A DNA stretch of 64,000 nt, taken from NCBI GenBank assembly GCA_041159245.1, contig JBEAZV010000078.1, forward strand, positions 15,304-79,303. The letters are read 5' to 3'. Below are positions 28,665-37,978 of the stretch, piece after piece. Made by a program: the position numbers and the translations under genes. Source of the DNA: Pseudomonadota bacterium (GTDB taxonomy: Bacteria; Pseudomonadota; Gammaproteobacteria; Burkholderiales; Burkholderiaceae_C). Every line of letters begins with the position of its first letter. The stretch's first letter is position 1. The notes beneath the pieces were generated by a model. It was not told the origin of the DNA, did no database searches, and saw only the letters and a program-made list of their open reading frames with translations.

Positions 28665-30087
28665 GTCCGGCTCGCTTCCTTCCGCTGTCGGCGCCCTCCC
28701 GGGCGGCCTGCGAGATCGAGTGCCCTCGCAAGGGGCCAGCGGCTTGCTGCGAGCCGTGTACGAACTGATCGATCCAGTGGCTGTGGCGGCCTCGCTGTGG
28801 CTGCTGGTGTGGTGGCTGGAAGGTCAGCTCACGCCCGAGTGGCTGCTCGTCTCGGTGCTGGCCTTTGCTCTGGCCTTCCCGGGGCGCGAGCTCGTGCCCG
28901 CGGGCGGGTCCCTGCAGGTGGCCCGCCTGCTGGCCAGCTGGCTCTGGGTGGTGTTGCTGTTGCTCCTGGCGGGCCAGGTGACGGGCCAGTTGACTCGCCT
29001 TTCCCCGCGTGTGCTGTGGCACTGGCTGTGGTTCGCGCCGACCTTGCAGTTGGCGGTGCATGGCGCGCTGCGTCAGGTCGCACCTTGGCTCCAGCGTCTG
29101 CAAGGCGCGCCGTTGCGCGCGGTGGTGGTGGGCCTCAATACCCAAGGCCGGGCACTGGCCAGTCGCCTGCGCCAGGGCACGCAGGCCGGCATCACCCTGG
29201 TGGGGTGTTTCGACGACCGCGATGCGTCACGCCTTTCCACCGATGGCGACGGTACTTGCTTGGGTGCGCTGGCTGATGTGGCCGCCTTCATCAAGTCCAA
29301 CCGAGTGCACCTGGTGTACCTGTCCCTGCCCATGGCCTCGCAACCTCGCATTCGCGCGCTGCTGGACGACCTCAAGGACACCACCGCCTCCGTGTATTTT
29401 GTGCCCGACCTGTTTGTGACGGACCTGATCCAGGGGCGCGCGGACACGGTGTGCGGGCTGCCGGTGATCAGTGTGTGCGACACGCCATTTCGTGGGCCGG
29501 CAGGCCTGGTCAAGCGCGCCTCGGACCTGGTACTGGCCAGCGCCATCTTGCTGCTGGTGTCGCCGGTGATGGCGGTGCTGGCCGTGGCGATCAAGCTCAC
29601 GTCGCCCGGCCCGGTGATCTTCCGCCAGCGGCGCTACGGCCTGGAGGGCGAGGAGATCATCGTCTACAAGTTCCGTTCGATGACGGTGGTCGAGGACGGA
29701 CCCACTATCGTGCAGGCGCAGCGCGGCGATGCGCGCATCACGCCCCTGGGTGCGTTCATGCGCCGTACTTCCCTGGACGAACTGCCCCAATTCATCAACG
29801 TGCTGCAAGGCCGTATGAGCGTCGTGGGCCCCCGTCCGCATGCGGTGGCTCACAACGAGCTGTATCGAGGAAAGATCAAGAGCTATATGGTGCGGCACAA
29901 GGTGCGTCCGGGCATCACGGGCTGGGCCCAGGTGCACGGCATGCGCGGGGAGACGCAGTCGCTGGACCTGATGCAAGCGCGTGTGCGGCTCGACCTGGAC
30001 TACCTGCGGCACTGGTCACTGGCCCTGGACATGGTCATCATCGCGCGCACCGTGCGCCTGGTGTTCCGGGATTCATCGGCTTACTAA
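28657..30087 (+). CDS. Undecaprenyl-phosphate glucose phosphotransferase (EpsB/WcaJ/GumD-like priming GT)
   Basis: KRASDLV, SPGPVIFRQRRYG, YKFRSM, RRTSLDELPQFINVLQGRMSVVGPRP, VRPGITGWAQV. Confidence 0.95.
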   Translation: MPESGSLPSAVGALPGGLRDRVPSQGASGLLRAVYELIDPVAVAASLWLLVWWLEGQLTPEWLLVSVLAFALAFPGRELVPAGGSLQVARLLASWLWVVLLLLLAGQVTGQLTRLSPRVLWHWLWFAPTLQLAVHGALRQVAPWLQRLQGAPLRAVVVGLNTQGRALASRLRQGTQAGITLVGCFDDRDASRLSTDGDGTCLGALADVAAFIKSNRVHLVYLSLPMASQPRIRALLDDLKDTTASVYFVPDLFVTDLIQGRADTVCGLPVISVCDTPFRGPAGLVKRASDLVLASAILLLVSPVMAVLAVAIKLTSPGPVIFRQRRYGLEGEEIIVYKFRSMTVVEDGPTIVQAQRGDARITPLGAFMRRTSLDELPQFINVLQGRMSVVGPRPHAVAHNELYRGKIKSYMVRHKVRPGITGWAQVHGMRGETQSLDLMQARVRLDLDYLRHWSLALDMVIIARTVRLVFRDSSAY

Positions 30088-30188
30088 GACTCGATGGAGT
30101 CCCCTCGCGTCTGGCTCGATTGGACCATTGCGGGTGTCCTGCCTCATCACCCACCATGCGGGTGTACGCACAGCGAAAAGGACCCGGC

Positions 30189-31370
30189 GTGAAGACTCTC
30201 CCCAAGGCCTGCGCCTGCATGTCGGTGCTCTCCGCGCTGTTCCCCGTGGTGTCGGTCCCGGCGCGTGCCCAGGGCCCTGACGAGGTGCCAGGCCCGGTGC
30301 TGGTGCTGCATGCCGATGTGGCGCTGGAGCACGACTCCAACATCCTGCGCGCCGAAAACGCGGTCTCCGACGAGATCGGCGTCTTCAGCGCCGGCCTGCG
30401 GCTGGACAAGCGCTACAGCCTGCAACGCGTCACCTTGCAGGCGCAGGCTAACCGCTTTCGCTTTCGTGACTTTTCAAACCTGGACTACTCTACTCTCACG
30501 TACGACGGCGCCTGGAACTTCCAGGTCACGCCCTCGGTGCGAGGCGTGCTGAGCGCGGACCGGCGCCAGTATCGCGACATCACCAATGCGTCAACCAGCA
30601 CCGGCGATGTGCGCCTGCGGACCGAACGGCGTGAGCTGGCCGAGGTGACCCTGCTGGGGCGGGGCGGCTGGCGCACGCTGGCAGGTCTAGACCGCTACAG
30701 CAGCCGCAGCGATGACCCGCGCGCGCTAGAGGCCAGTCCGACCGTCTCGAGCCTCCACATCGGTGGCGGCTACGAGTCTGCCGCGGGCGCGCTGCTCACC
30801 GCGCAGGTGCGCCGTGGCGATGGCGATTACGGTGGCAGCGCCAGTGGCATCGGCTTTCGGGAGACGGAGCCTTCCGTCTCGCTGCTGTGGCCCGCTACCG
30901 CCAAGACTGCACTGGAGGCGCGTATCGGCTACCTGGATCGCTCGCATGATGAGGACCGTGCGCGCGACTTCAAGGGCCTGGTGGCGCGCGGCGCCGTGCG
31001 CTGGACCTATTCGCCCCGTACCTCGGTCGAGGCTGGTTTCGCGCGCGACCTGGGTAGCTACGAATTCAATGGCGGCGGACGGATTCACGGCTGGCGCCTG
31101 TACCTCGCGCCCGCCTGGAGGCCTTCGGAGAAGACCGCACTGCGTCTACGCCACACCCTGGAGCGCCGCGACTGGTCGGTGCTGTCTTCCGCCTCGCCCG
31201 ACCTGGGTCGCGAGGACCGCACCCGCTGGAGCGCGCTGACCCTCGAGTGGACGCCGCGTCGTCTGTTGGAGCTCACGCTGTCCGCGCGCCAGGAGCATCG
31301 TCACTCCAACCTGCCCGGGCTGGGCTTTCGCGCCAACGTCGTGGCCCTCGGTGCCCGCCTGAATTTCTGA
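30189..31370 (+). CDS. Outer-membrane beta-barrel, EpsL-like (start 30189 or 30156)
   Basis: Signal peptide ending PARA-Q; EHDSNILR; alternating beta-strand pattern; C-terminal Phe (GARLNF); position in the eps arm. Confidence 0.78.
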   Translation: MKTLPKACACMSVLSALFPVVSVPARAQGPDEVPGPVLVLHADVALEHDSNILRAENAVSDEIGVFSAGLRLDKRYSLQRVTLQAQANRFRFRDFSNLDYSTLTYDGAWNFQVTPSVRGVLSADRRQYRDITNASTSTGDVRLRTERRELAEVTLLGRGGWRTLAGLDRYSSRSDDPRALEASPTVSSLHIGGGYESAAGALLTAQVRRGDGDYGGSASGIGFRETEPSVSLLWPATAKTALEARIGYLDRSHDEDRARDFKGLVARGAVRWTYSPRTSVEAGFARDLGSYEFNGGGRIHGWRLYLAPAWRPSEKTALRLRHTLERRDWSVLSSASPDLGREDRTRWSALTLEWTPRRLLELTLSARQEHRHSNLPGLGFRANVVALGARLNF

Positions 31371-31399
31371 ATCCCTCTCCCATCCTCGGAGGTTCCCCC

Positions 31400-32230
31400 A
31401 TGGTTTCTGTTCCTGAATCTCCCCGCCGGCGGCTGCGCGTCGCTGCGCTGGCGATCGGGCTTGCGGGCTTGCTCACCGCATCCCTGCGCGCCTGGAGCGC
31501 CGATACCGAGTACCGCCTGGGCCCGGGCGACTCCATCCGCGTGCACGTCTTTCAAAACCCCGACCTCACCGTCGAGGCCCGTGTCTCCGAAAACGGCGCC
31601 ATCAGTTATCCGCTTGTGGGCAGCGTGAAGCTGGGCGGTCTGGCACTGGGCGAGGCCGAGCGGCGCATTGCCGACGCCTTGCGCGAGGGCCGCTTCCTGA
31701 AATCCCCTCAGGTGAACATCAACCTGCTGCAGGTGCGGGGTAGCCAGGTGGCGGTGCTGGGCCAGGTAGCACGGCCTGGCCGTTTCACGCTGGAGACCTC
31801 CAACGTCCGGGCCAGCGAGATGATCGCCGCCGCCGGGGGGGTCACGCCACTGGGGGATGAGGCGGTGGTGGTCACCGGCGTACGCGAAGGCGTGCCGTTT
31901 CGACGCGTGATCGACATCCCGCGTCTGTTCACTGGCGAGTCCGCGCAGGACGACGTGGTGCTGCAGGCGGGCGACGCGCTGTTCATTCCGCGCGCGCCCG
32001 TCTACTACCTGTACGGCGAGGCGCAAAAGCCGGGCCCCTATCGCATTGAGCGGGGCATGACGGTCATGCAGGCCCTGGCTGCCGGCGGCGGCATCACCCC
32101 CCGCGGCAGCCAGAACCGCTTGCGCCTGCACCGCACCAGTCCCGACGGAGGCGTGGTGCAGTCCACGCCACAACTGACCGACCCCGTACAGCCCAACGAC
32201 GTGCTGTTCGTGCGTGAGAGCCTGTTCTGA
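31400..32230 (+). CDS. epsE: Polysaccharide export protein EpsE (Wza-like, SLBB domains)
   Basis: EYRLGPGDSIRVHVF, GAISYPLVG, VAVLGQVARPG, YLYGEAQKPG, MTVMQALAAGGG; GGAGG RBS. Confidence 0.9.
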   Translation: MVSVPESPRRRLRVAALAIGLAGLLTASLRAWSADTEYRLGPGDSIRVHVFQNPDLTVEARVSENGAISYPLVGSVKLGGLALGEAERRIADALREGRFLKSPQVNINLLQVRGSQVAVLGQVARPGRFTLETSNVRASEMIAAAGGVTPLGDEAVVVTGVREGVPFRRVIDIPRLFTGESAQDDVVLQAGDALFIPRAPVYYLYGEAQKPGPYRIERGMTVMQALAAGGGITPRGSQNRLRLHRTSPDGGVVQSTPQLTDPVQPNDVLFVRESLF

Positions 32231-32253
32231 AACCCTACGTTGATGGTGCCGAC

Positions 32254-33609
32254 ATGAGTCTCCTGCAGTTCCTCTCCATCCTGCGAGCGCGCCGTGTCAT
32301 GGCCGCCTTGATCCTGCTGGCCACGCTGGCCCTGGCCCTGGCGTGGGCCTTGCTGCGCCCCGATCGCTACACCGCTGACGCGCCGGTCATGGTCGACGTG
32401 CAGTCCGAGAAGGTGGGCGGCGGTTTTGCGCCGACACTCGTGGCCAGTTACATGGCCACGCAGCTGGACATCGCGCGTAGCGACCGTGTGGTGCAGCGTG
32501 CGCTGGACCTGATGCAGGCCGCCGGCCACACGGATGCCGCGCGTCGCGGCGCGATGTGGCGCGAGATGCGCGAGCGCATGCAGGTGCGGCCCGCGCGCGA
32601 GAGCAACATCCTCCATATCGGCTGGACCGCGCCGTCCGCCGCCGAAGCGGCGCTCGGCGCCAATGCGCTGGCCCGCGCCTTTGTCGAAGTGGCCCTGGAG
32701 ATCCAGACCGCACCGGCCAAGCAGGGCTCTAGCTGGTACGACACGCAGGTGGAGGACAGTCGTCGCAAGCTCGAGGCGGCCCAGGCTCGCCTCTCGGAGT
32801 TCCAGCAACGCGCGGGCATCATTGGCAACGAGCAGGTCGACCACGAGATCGCCCGGCTACGCGAACTCTCCCTCCAGCTGGCGCAGGTGCAGGCGCTGAC
32901 CACGGACAGTCAGAGCAAGCGCGGTGCCGCCAGCGAGACGGTGGCCGAGGTGATGCAAAGCCCCCTGGTCAATGCGCTCAAGGCCGACCTGGCGCGGGTC
33001 GAAGCCCGTCTGCAAGAAAGCGCCGCCACGCTGGGCCCGCGTCACCCTCAGCTGCTGCGCCTGCAGGCCGAGCGCGACGCCTTGCAGGGGCGCCTGACCA
33101 CCGAGACGCGGCGCATCTCCGGCGGCATCGAGGCTGCCTATCGCGCCGGTCGCAGCCGCGAGCAAGAGCTGGGCGCTGCGCTCCAGAGCCAACGCCAGCA
33201 GGTACTGGCCCTGAACCGGCAGCGCGGGCAGCTGGCCCTGCTGCAGCAGGATGTGGACGCTGCGCGGCGCACCTTCGAGACGGTCAGCACCAACGCCAGC
33301 AAGACCCGCCTGGAGAGCCTGGCCACCCAGACCTATCTGACCCAGATCGCGCCCGCGACCGAGCCCCTGGAGCCGGCAGGCCCCAGCCTGGGCCAGGTGT
33401 TGGCGGTGGCGTTGGTATCCGGCGGCCTGCTGGCTGTGGCGGGCGCGCTGATGCTCGAACTGGCAAACCGGCGCGTGCGCTCGGAGGATGACATCGCCCT
33501 GGGTGCCGGCGTGCCGGTGCTCGCCAGCCTGCCAGCGGCGTATACCGGCCTGGCGGCGCTCTCCGGCCCGCGCCGCCGCCTGGGCTACTCCGGGGGGGCT
33601 GCCGCATGA
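32254..33609 (+). CDS. epsF: Chain-length determinant EpsF (Wzc N-terminal/co-polymerase)
   Basis: MSLLQFLSILRAR, ATQLDIARS, coiled coil, LGPRHPQ, two TM helices, RRVRSEDDI. Confidence 0.88.
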   Translation: MSLLQFLSILRARRVMAALILLATLALALAWALLRPDRYTADAPVMVDVQSEKVGGGFAPTLVASYMATQLDIARSDRVVQRALDLMQAAGHTDAARRGAMWREMRERMQVRPARESNILHIGWTAPSAAEAALGANALARAFVEVALEIQTAPAKQGSSWYDTQVEDSRRKLEAAQARLSEFQQRAGIIGNEQVDHEIARLRELSLQLAQVQALTTDSQSKRGAASETVAEVMQSPLVNALKADLARVEARLQESAATLGPRHPQLLRLQAERDALQGRLTTETRRISGGIEAAYRAGRSREQELGAALQSQRQQVLALNRQRGQLALLQQDVDAARRTFETVSTNASKTRLESLATQTYLTQIAPATEPLEPAGPSLGQVLAVALVSGGLLAVAGALMLELANRRVRSEDDIALGAGVPVLASLPAAYTGLAALSGPRRRLGYSGGAAA

Positions 33610-34508
33610 ACCACCCCGCTCTGCCCCGGGCGTTCGATCCCGAAATCCCGCTGCCGCTGGCGAATCAAGCCAGTCAGCCCATGGGCGCCCTGCTCGTGGA
33701 ACTGGGCCGCCTCTCGGCGCAGGATGCCGACCGCATTCACGCCCGCCAGCAGATCACCGGCCAGCTGTATGGCGAGGCCGGCCTCGAGCTGGGTCTGCTG
33801 GATGCGCAGGACATCCGCCTCGCGCTCTCGCTGCAGTTCGGCCAGGCCTGTCTACCGCGTGACTGTCCCCTGGCCAGCGAGCTGGTTGCGGCCTGGGAGC
33901 CCGAGAGCCCTGCGGTCGAACACCTGCGGTCCTTGCGCAGCCAGCTGATGCTGCGGTGGTTCGAGAACGATGCGCGCCACGCGGCGCTGGCCATCGTCAG
34001 CCCAGGACGGGCTGAGGGGCGCAGCTACATCACGGCCAATCTTGCGGCCCTGCTGTCGCAACTGGGCAAGCGCACGCTGGTGATCGATGCCGACCTGCGC
34101 CATCCGCGCCAGCACCGCCTGTTCGGCGTGCCGGGGCGGGTGGGCTTGTCCAGCGTGCTGGCCGGACGCGCCGGTATCGACGCCGCGGTGGAGATCAGCG
34201 CCTTGCCCGGTCTGTCGCTGCTGCCAGCGGGCACGCTGCCGCCCAACCCACAGGAACTGCTCGCACGCCAGGCCTTCCCGCGTGTCTTGTCGGCGCTGCG
34301 TTCAAGCTATGAGGTGATCCTCGTGGACACGCCCGCCTTCCACGGCACGGCCGATGCGGCGACGGTGGCGGCCCGTGCCGGAGCCGCCCTGGTCGTGGCC
34401 TCGCGCGACGCCAGTTCGGTGCCGCGTCTGTCGGCGGTGACCTCGGGACTGCGTGAGTTCGGCGTCACCCTGGTGGGCGCGGTCCTCAATCGCACGGGTC
34501 GGCAGTGA
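33606..34508 (+). CDS. epsG: EpsG-like tyrosine-kinase-family ATPase
   Basis: LRSLRSQLMLRWF, SPGRAEGRS, ANLA, VIDADLRHP, PPNPQELL, ILVDTP. Confidence 0.88.
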   Translation: MNHPALPRAFDPEIPLPLANQASQPMGALLVELGRLSAQDADRIHARQQITGQLYGEAGLELGLLDAQDIRLALSLQFGQACLPRDCPLASELVAAWEPESPAVEHLRSLRSQLMLRWFENDARHAALAIVSPGRAEGRSYITANLAALLSQLGKRTLVIDADLRHPRQHRLFGVPGRVGLSSVLAGRAGIDAAVEISALPGLSLLPAGTLPPNPQELLARQAFPRVLSALRSSYEVILVDTPAFHGTADAATVAARAGAALVVASRDASSVPRLSAVTSGLREFGVTLVGAVLNRTGRQ

Positions 34509-35278
34509 GCGCGCTTGCCTGGCCGCTCCGGTGGCAGGCGCTGGTGCGGTCCGCGGTGCGGGTCCACGGACCGCGCGGCCAGGCCCAGCTGCTGGACTGG
34601 CTGGCACAGACGGATAGGCCGCGCATACTGGCCTTCATCAATGCCCACGCCATGAATTGCGCCGCCGAGGACGCGCGGTTCTTTGAGTCACTGGCCGGTG
34701 CGGACATCGTGCTGCGCGATGGCGTCGGCATGGCCCTGCTCATGACGCTCGTGAACCAGCGACCGGGCCTGAATCTCAATGGCACCGACCTCATTCCCCG
34801 CATCCTGCGGCGGTATGCGGGCGCACCCCTGGCTCTCTTTGGGACGCAGCAGCCTTGGCTCTCGCGCGCCCGGGACGCCATCGTCCGGGACCTGGCGCCC
34901 GGTTCGCCCTGTATCACCGCACATGGCTTCCTGCCCACCGAGGACTACGTGGAGCTGGCGCGCTCGCATGGACCAGCGCTCATCATCCTGGGCATGGGTA
35001 TGCCCCGACAGGAGGAGGTGGCGTTGGCGCTGCGCGCGCGACTCTCGCGCCCGGGGTTGATTGTGTGTGGCGGGGCGATCCTCGATTTCCTCGGTGAGCG
35101 CACCACGCGTGCGCCGCGTGTGGTGCGTCACGCCAGCCTGGAGTGGGCCTGGCGCCTTGGACGCGAACCGCGTCGCTTGTTCCGTCGCTATGTGGTGGGC
35201 AACCCGGTGTTCATCGCGCGCGCGCTGTCTCTGGCGGCTCGTGGCCTGCGCCCGATACCGTCGCAGGGCTTGTCGTGA
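34505..35278 (+). CDS. WecB/TagA/CpsF (WecG/GumM-like) glycosyltransferase
   Basis: FINAH, DGVG, NLNGTDL, HGF, LGMGMPRQE, GAILDF, RAPRVVRHASLEWAWRL..EPRRLFRRY. Confidence 0.92.
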   Translation: MSALAWPLRWQALVRSAVRVHGPRGQAQLLDWLAQTDRPRILAFINAHAMNCAAEDARFFESLAGADIVLRDGVGMALLMTLVNQRPGLNLNGTDLIPRILRRYAGAPLALFGTQQPWLSRARDAIVRDLAPGSPCITAHGFLPTEDYVELARSHGPALIILGMGMPRQEEVALALRARLSRPGLIVCGGAILDFLGERTTRAPRVVRHASLEWAWRLGREPRRLFRRYVVGNPVFIARALSLAARGLRPIPSQGLS

Positions 35279-36272
35279 GACCGGCCACGCACAGCTGCAG
35301 CGCCCGTGGGTAGGGCGTCCAGGCCAGGTCCAGCATGTGCGTGGCGGCGCTCGCGTCCATCTTCAGCTGTCGCCGCCACAGGCGCAGCAAACCGGGCGTG
35401 ATCGGCTCGGGCAGCGCTTGTGGCGGCAGGACCGGCGCATAGCGCGCCAACCAGCGCATGGCCTGGCCTGTCGCGTGCAGCGGTGGCCCCAGCAGGCAGG
35501 CGTCGGCCCGCAGTTGGCTGGGGCGGATGCGGCGCAGCGGCGTGGCGCCCATGGCCAGTGCCAGGTCAGTGAACCAGGTGTTCCAGCGCGGGCTGTCGGG
35601 GGCTGCCAGGTTCAGGACCCGTGGCACACCGATCGCCGCGGGTCGTCGCAGGGCCTGCAGCACGGCCTGGCAGACATCGTCCACCAGCACCCCATGCGTC
35701 CAGCCGTCGCCGTCCTCACCCAGGTCGCCCAGTCGGCCCTGGCGCAACCAGCGCACGATGCGTCCGACCCACAGGGCGCTGCCCGGGCCCCAGACGCAGC
35801 CCGGTCGCAAGACGGTCACACGCGGCAGTGGCGCCTGCGCGCTCGTGCTGCGCGCCAACGCCAGCATCTGCCGTTCTGCGGTCTGTTTGGCGCGTGCATA
35901 CCAGCCGCGGGGCGTGCCCAGGGGCGAGGCTTCGTCCACCACGTGCTGCTGTTCGCCGTACACGACCATGCTGCTCAGATGCACCAGCGCCGTCACACGG
36001 GCGGCGCGCGCCGCGCGGGCCAGGGCGTAGGCCCCGCCGACGATGGCCGACGCGCTGCCGGTTACGCAGTTCACCACCGCGTCCATTCCGTATAGCGCGT
36101 CGGTCAGAGCGGCCTCATCGCGCGTGTCCAGGCGCAGTGCGTCCGAGCCGGACTGTGTGCGCGCGTCGGTGTGGCGTGATGCGCATACCGGTGTGTCGCG
36201 ACCGTCGGCGCGCATCAGGGCCACGAGGCGCGAACCGATATAGCCGCTGCCGCCGAGCACCAGCACGTTCAT
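35211..36272 (-). CDS. NAD-dependent epimerase/dehydratase family protein
   Basis: VLGGSGYIG, HLSSMVVYG, YARAK, LRPGCVWGPGS. Confidence 0.88.
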   Translation of the reverse strand: MNVLVLGGSGYIGSRLVALMRADGRDTPVCASRHTDARTQSGSDALRLDTRDEAALTDALYGMDAVVNCVTGSASAIVGGAYALARAARAARVTALVHLSSMVVYGEQQHVVDEASPLGTPRGWYARAKQTAERQMLALARSTSAQAPLPRVTVLRPGCVWGPGSALWVGRIVRWLRQGRLGDLGEDGDGWTHGVLVDDVCQAVLQALRRPAAIGVPRVLNLAAPDSPRWNTWFTDLALAMGATPLRRIRPSQLRADACLLGPPLHATGQAMRWLARYAPVLPPQALPEPITPGLLRLWRRQLKMDASAATHMLDLAWTPYPRALQLCVAGLTTSPATVSGAGHEPPETARAR

Positions 36273-37978
36273 GAGAACCCCTCCAGGACGGAAATCGCCC
36301 GAGGCGGTGCCTGCGGACGCAGCGCCTGCACCAGATGGTCGGCCAGGCGCAGCGACAGGGCCAGCAGAGTCAACGTCGGGTTGGCCTGGCCGCTGGTAGG
36401 AAACACCGCGCTGCCGGCGACGTACAGGTTGGCCACGTCATGCACCCGTGCATTCACATCGACCACGCTGGTGCGGGGGTCCAGGCCCATGCGGGCAGTG
36501 CCGATGTGGTGGCCGCCGTAGGCGCCGTATCGCAGCAGGTCCTCCTCGAGCGTCGCGTGGTCGATGCGCAGGTGGCCGAGACCGCTGGCCTGTATCTCCC
36601 GGGCGATCAGGTCCAGTGTGCGGCGCAGGGAGTCGATGTCCTCTTGCTGGTAGCGCCAGTCGACGCGCAGCCGCGGCAGGCCCAGGGCGTCACGGCGCTC
36701 CGACAGCGTGACCCGGCTGTCCGGGTGCGGCTGCTGCTCGCCTTGGACTTCAAGGCTGAAGCGGTTGGTGGTGTTGGCCAGGATCACCGAGGGGAACTTG
36801 CGCAGCGCGAGGGTGCGGCGTGACAGCCAGTGGCCCAGAAAGGCAGCCGTCTGTCCCGCATCACACACCACATTACGCGCATGGCGCGCCAACAGCGCTA
36901 GGGACAGAGCGCTCCCGTCATGCAGGCGGCGGCCGTATTCATAGCGGATGAAGCGACGGGCCAGGAACAGACCCGAGAGCACGCCGCTGCGATGACAGGG
37001 GTCTGCGATGCGCGGGAAGTGCAGTCGCGCCACTGCATTGAGCAGACGCTCACGACGCTGGCAGGCTTGCGTAACGGTCAGGCGACGACGGCAGTACACG
37101 CCATCGGGCGCGATCTCGTAACCATGGCGTACCGCAGCGGTGGGGCCGTGCAGCGTCAGCGTGCCCAGGTTGCCGGCCAGGTGGCACATGTAGTAGCGGC
37201 CCACCACGTCGTGGCGGTTGCCTACGCCGCACGGATGGATGTCGCGGGACGCCAGGAGAAGCCGCACAGTCTCCAGCCCTCCAGCCGCGAGCACGAAGGC
37301 ACGTGCCTGGGCCTCTAGCCTGTTGCCCTCCAGCGTGGCGATATCCAGGGCCTGCACCGGCGCTGGCCGGTCCGGGGATGTGTCCGGTGCCAGGCGGATG
37401 CCGGTGCACACCGCGCCGCGCAGCACGCGGATCGCGGCCGACAGGCGCAGGCGTCGCGCATAGCGCCGACCAAAGTCCGTGGGGCAGGAGAACCGCTCCA
37501 GTCCCTGTGTGCTCACCGTTTCGCTGTGCCAGCCCCGCACCAGGGGCGGCGCGTCCGGCAGCGCTTCTTGCGCGTCGTAGGCATAGCGTCCGGCTTCGGC
37601 CAAGGCATTGGCCGCGACATAGTAAGGATGCAGGTCTGCATACGTCAGCGGCCAGCCGCTGTGGGGTACCCAGGGCCGTGCCTCGAAGTCAATCGGGTCC
37701 AGGGGCATGCAGCGTCCGCCCCAGATCGCGCTGGAGCCACCCAGGCCGCGTAGGCGGTAGCGGTGGGGTGGGCTGTGCATCGCGTTGGCCAAGTCGCCCT
37801 CATACAAGGTCTGCGCTGCGGCGTCGTGCGTCTCGCGGCCAGCTTCCAGCAGCAGCACCCGAATACCGTGCTCGCCCAAGGCCAGGGCCAGCGCGATGCC
37901 CGCCGGCCCGGCGCCGACGACGCACACGTCGGCCCGCAGCACGGTATGCCGCGGGACATGATCGGCTTCCTCGATCAT
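36269..37978 (-). CDS. GMC family FAD oxidoreductase
   Basis: DVCVVGAGPAG, LLLEAG, GLGGSSAIWGG, VLAAGGLETVRLLL, HHIGTARMG, NLYVAGSAVFPTSGQANPTLT. Confidence 0.92.
   Translation of the reverse strand: MIEEADHVPRHTVLRADVCVVGAGPAGIALALALGEHGIRVLLLEAGRETHDAAAQTLYEGDLANAMHSPPHRYRLRGLGGSSAIWGGRCMPLDPIDFEARPWVPHSGWPLTYADLHPYYVAANALAEAGRYAYDAQEALPDAPPLVRGWHSETVSTQGLERFSCPTDFGRRYARRLRLSAAIRVLRGAVCTGIRLAPDTSPDRPAPVQALDIATLEGNRLEAQARAFVLAAGGLETVRLLLASRDIHPCGVGNRHDVVGRYYMCHLAGNLGTLTLHGPTAAVRHGYEIAPDGVYCRRRLTVTQACQRRERLLNAVARLHFPRIADPCHRSGVLSGLFLARRFIRYEYGRRLHDGSALSLALLARHARNVVCDAGQTAAFLGHWLSRRTLALRKFPSVILANTTNRFSLEVQGEQQPHPDSRVTLSERRDALGLPRLRVDWRYQQEDIDSLRRTLDLIAREIQASGLGHLRIDHATLEEDLLRYGAYGGHHIGTARMGLDPRTSVVDVNARVHDVANLYVAGSAVFPTSGQANPTLTLLALSLRLADHLVQALRPQAPPRAISVLEGFS

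Noticed and set aside
29451-30188. N-terminal extension of the EpsL ORF (639 aa)
   Set aside because: It overlaps epsB in another frame. The signal peptide and barrel begin near 30189, so this is not a fusion or frameshift.
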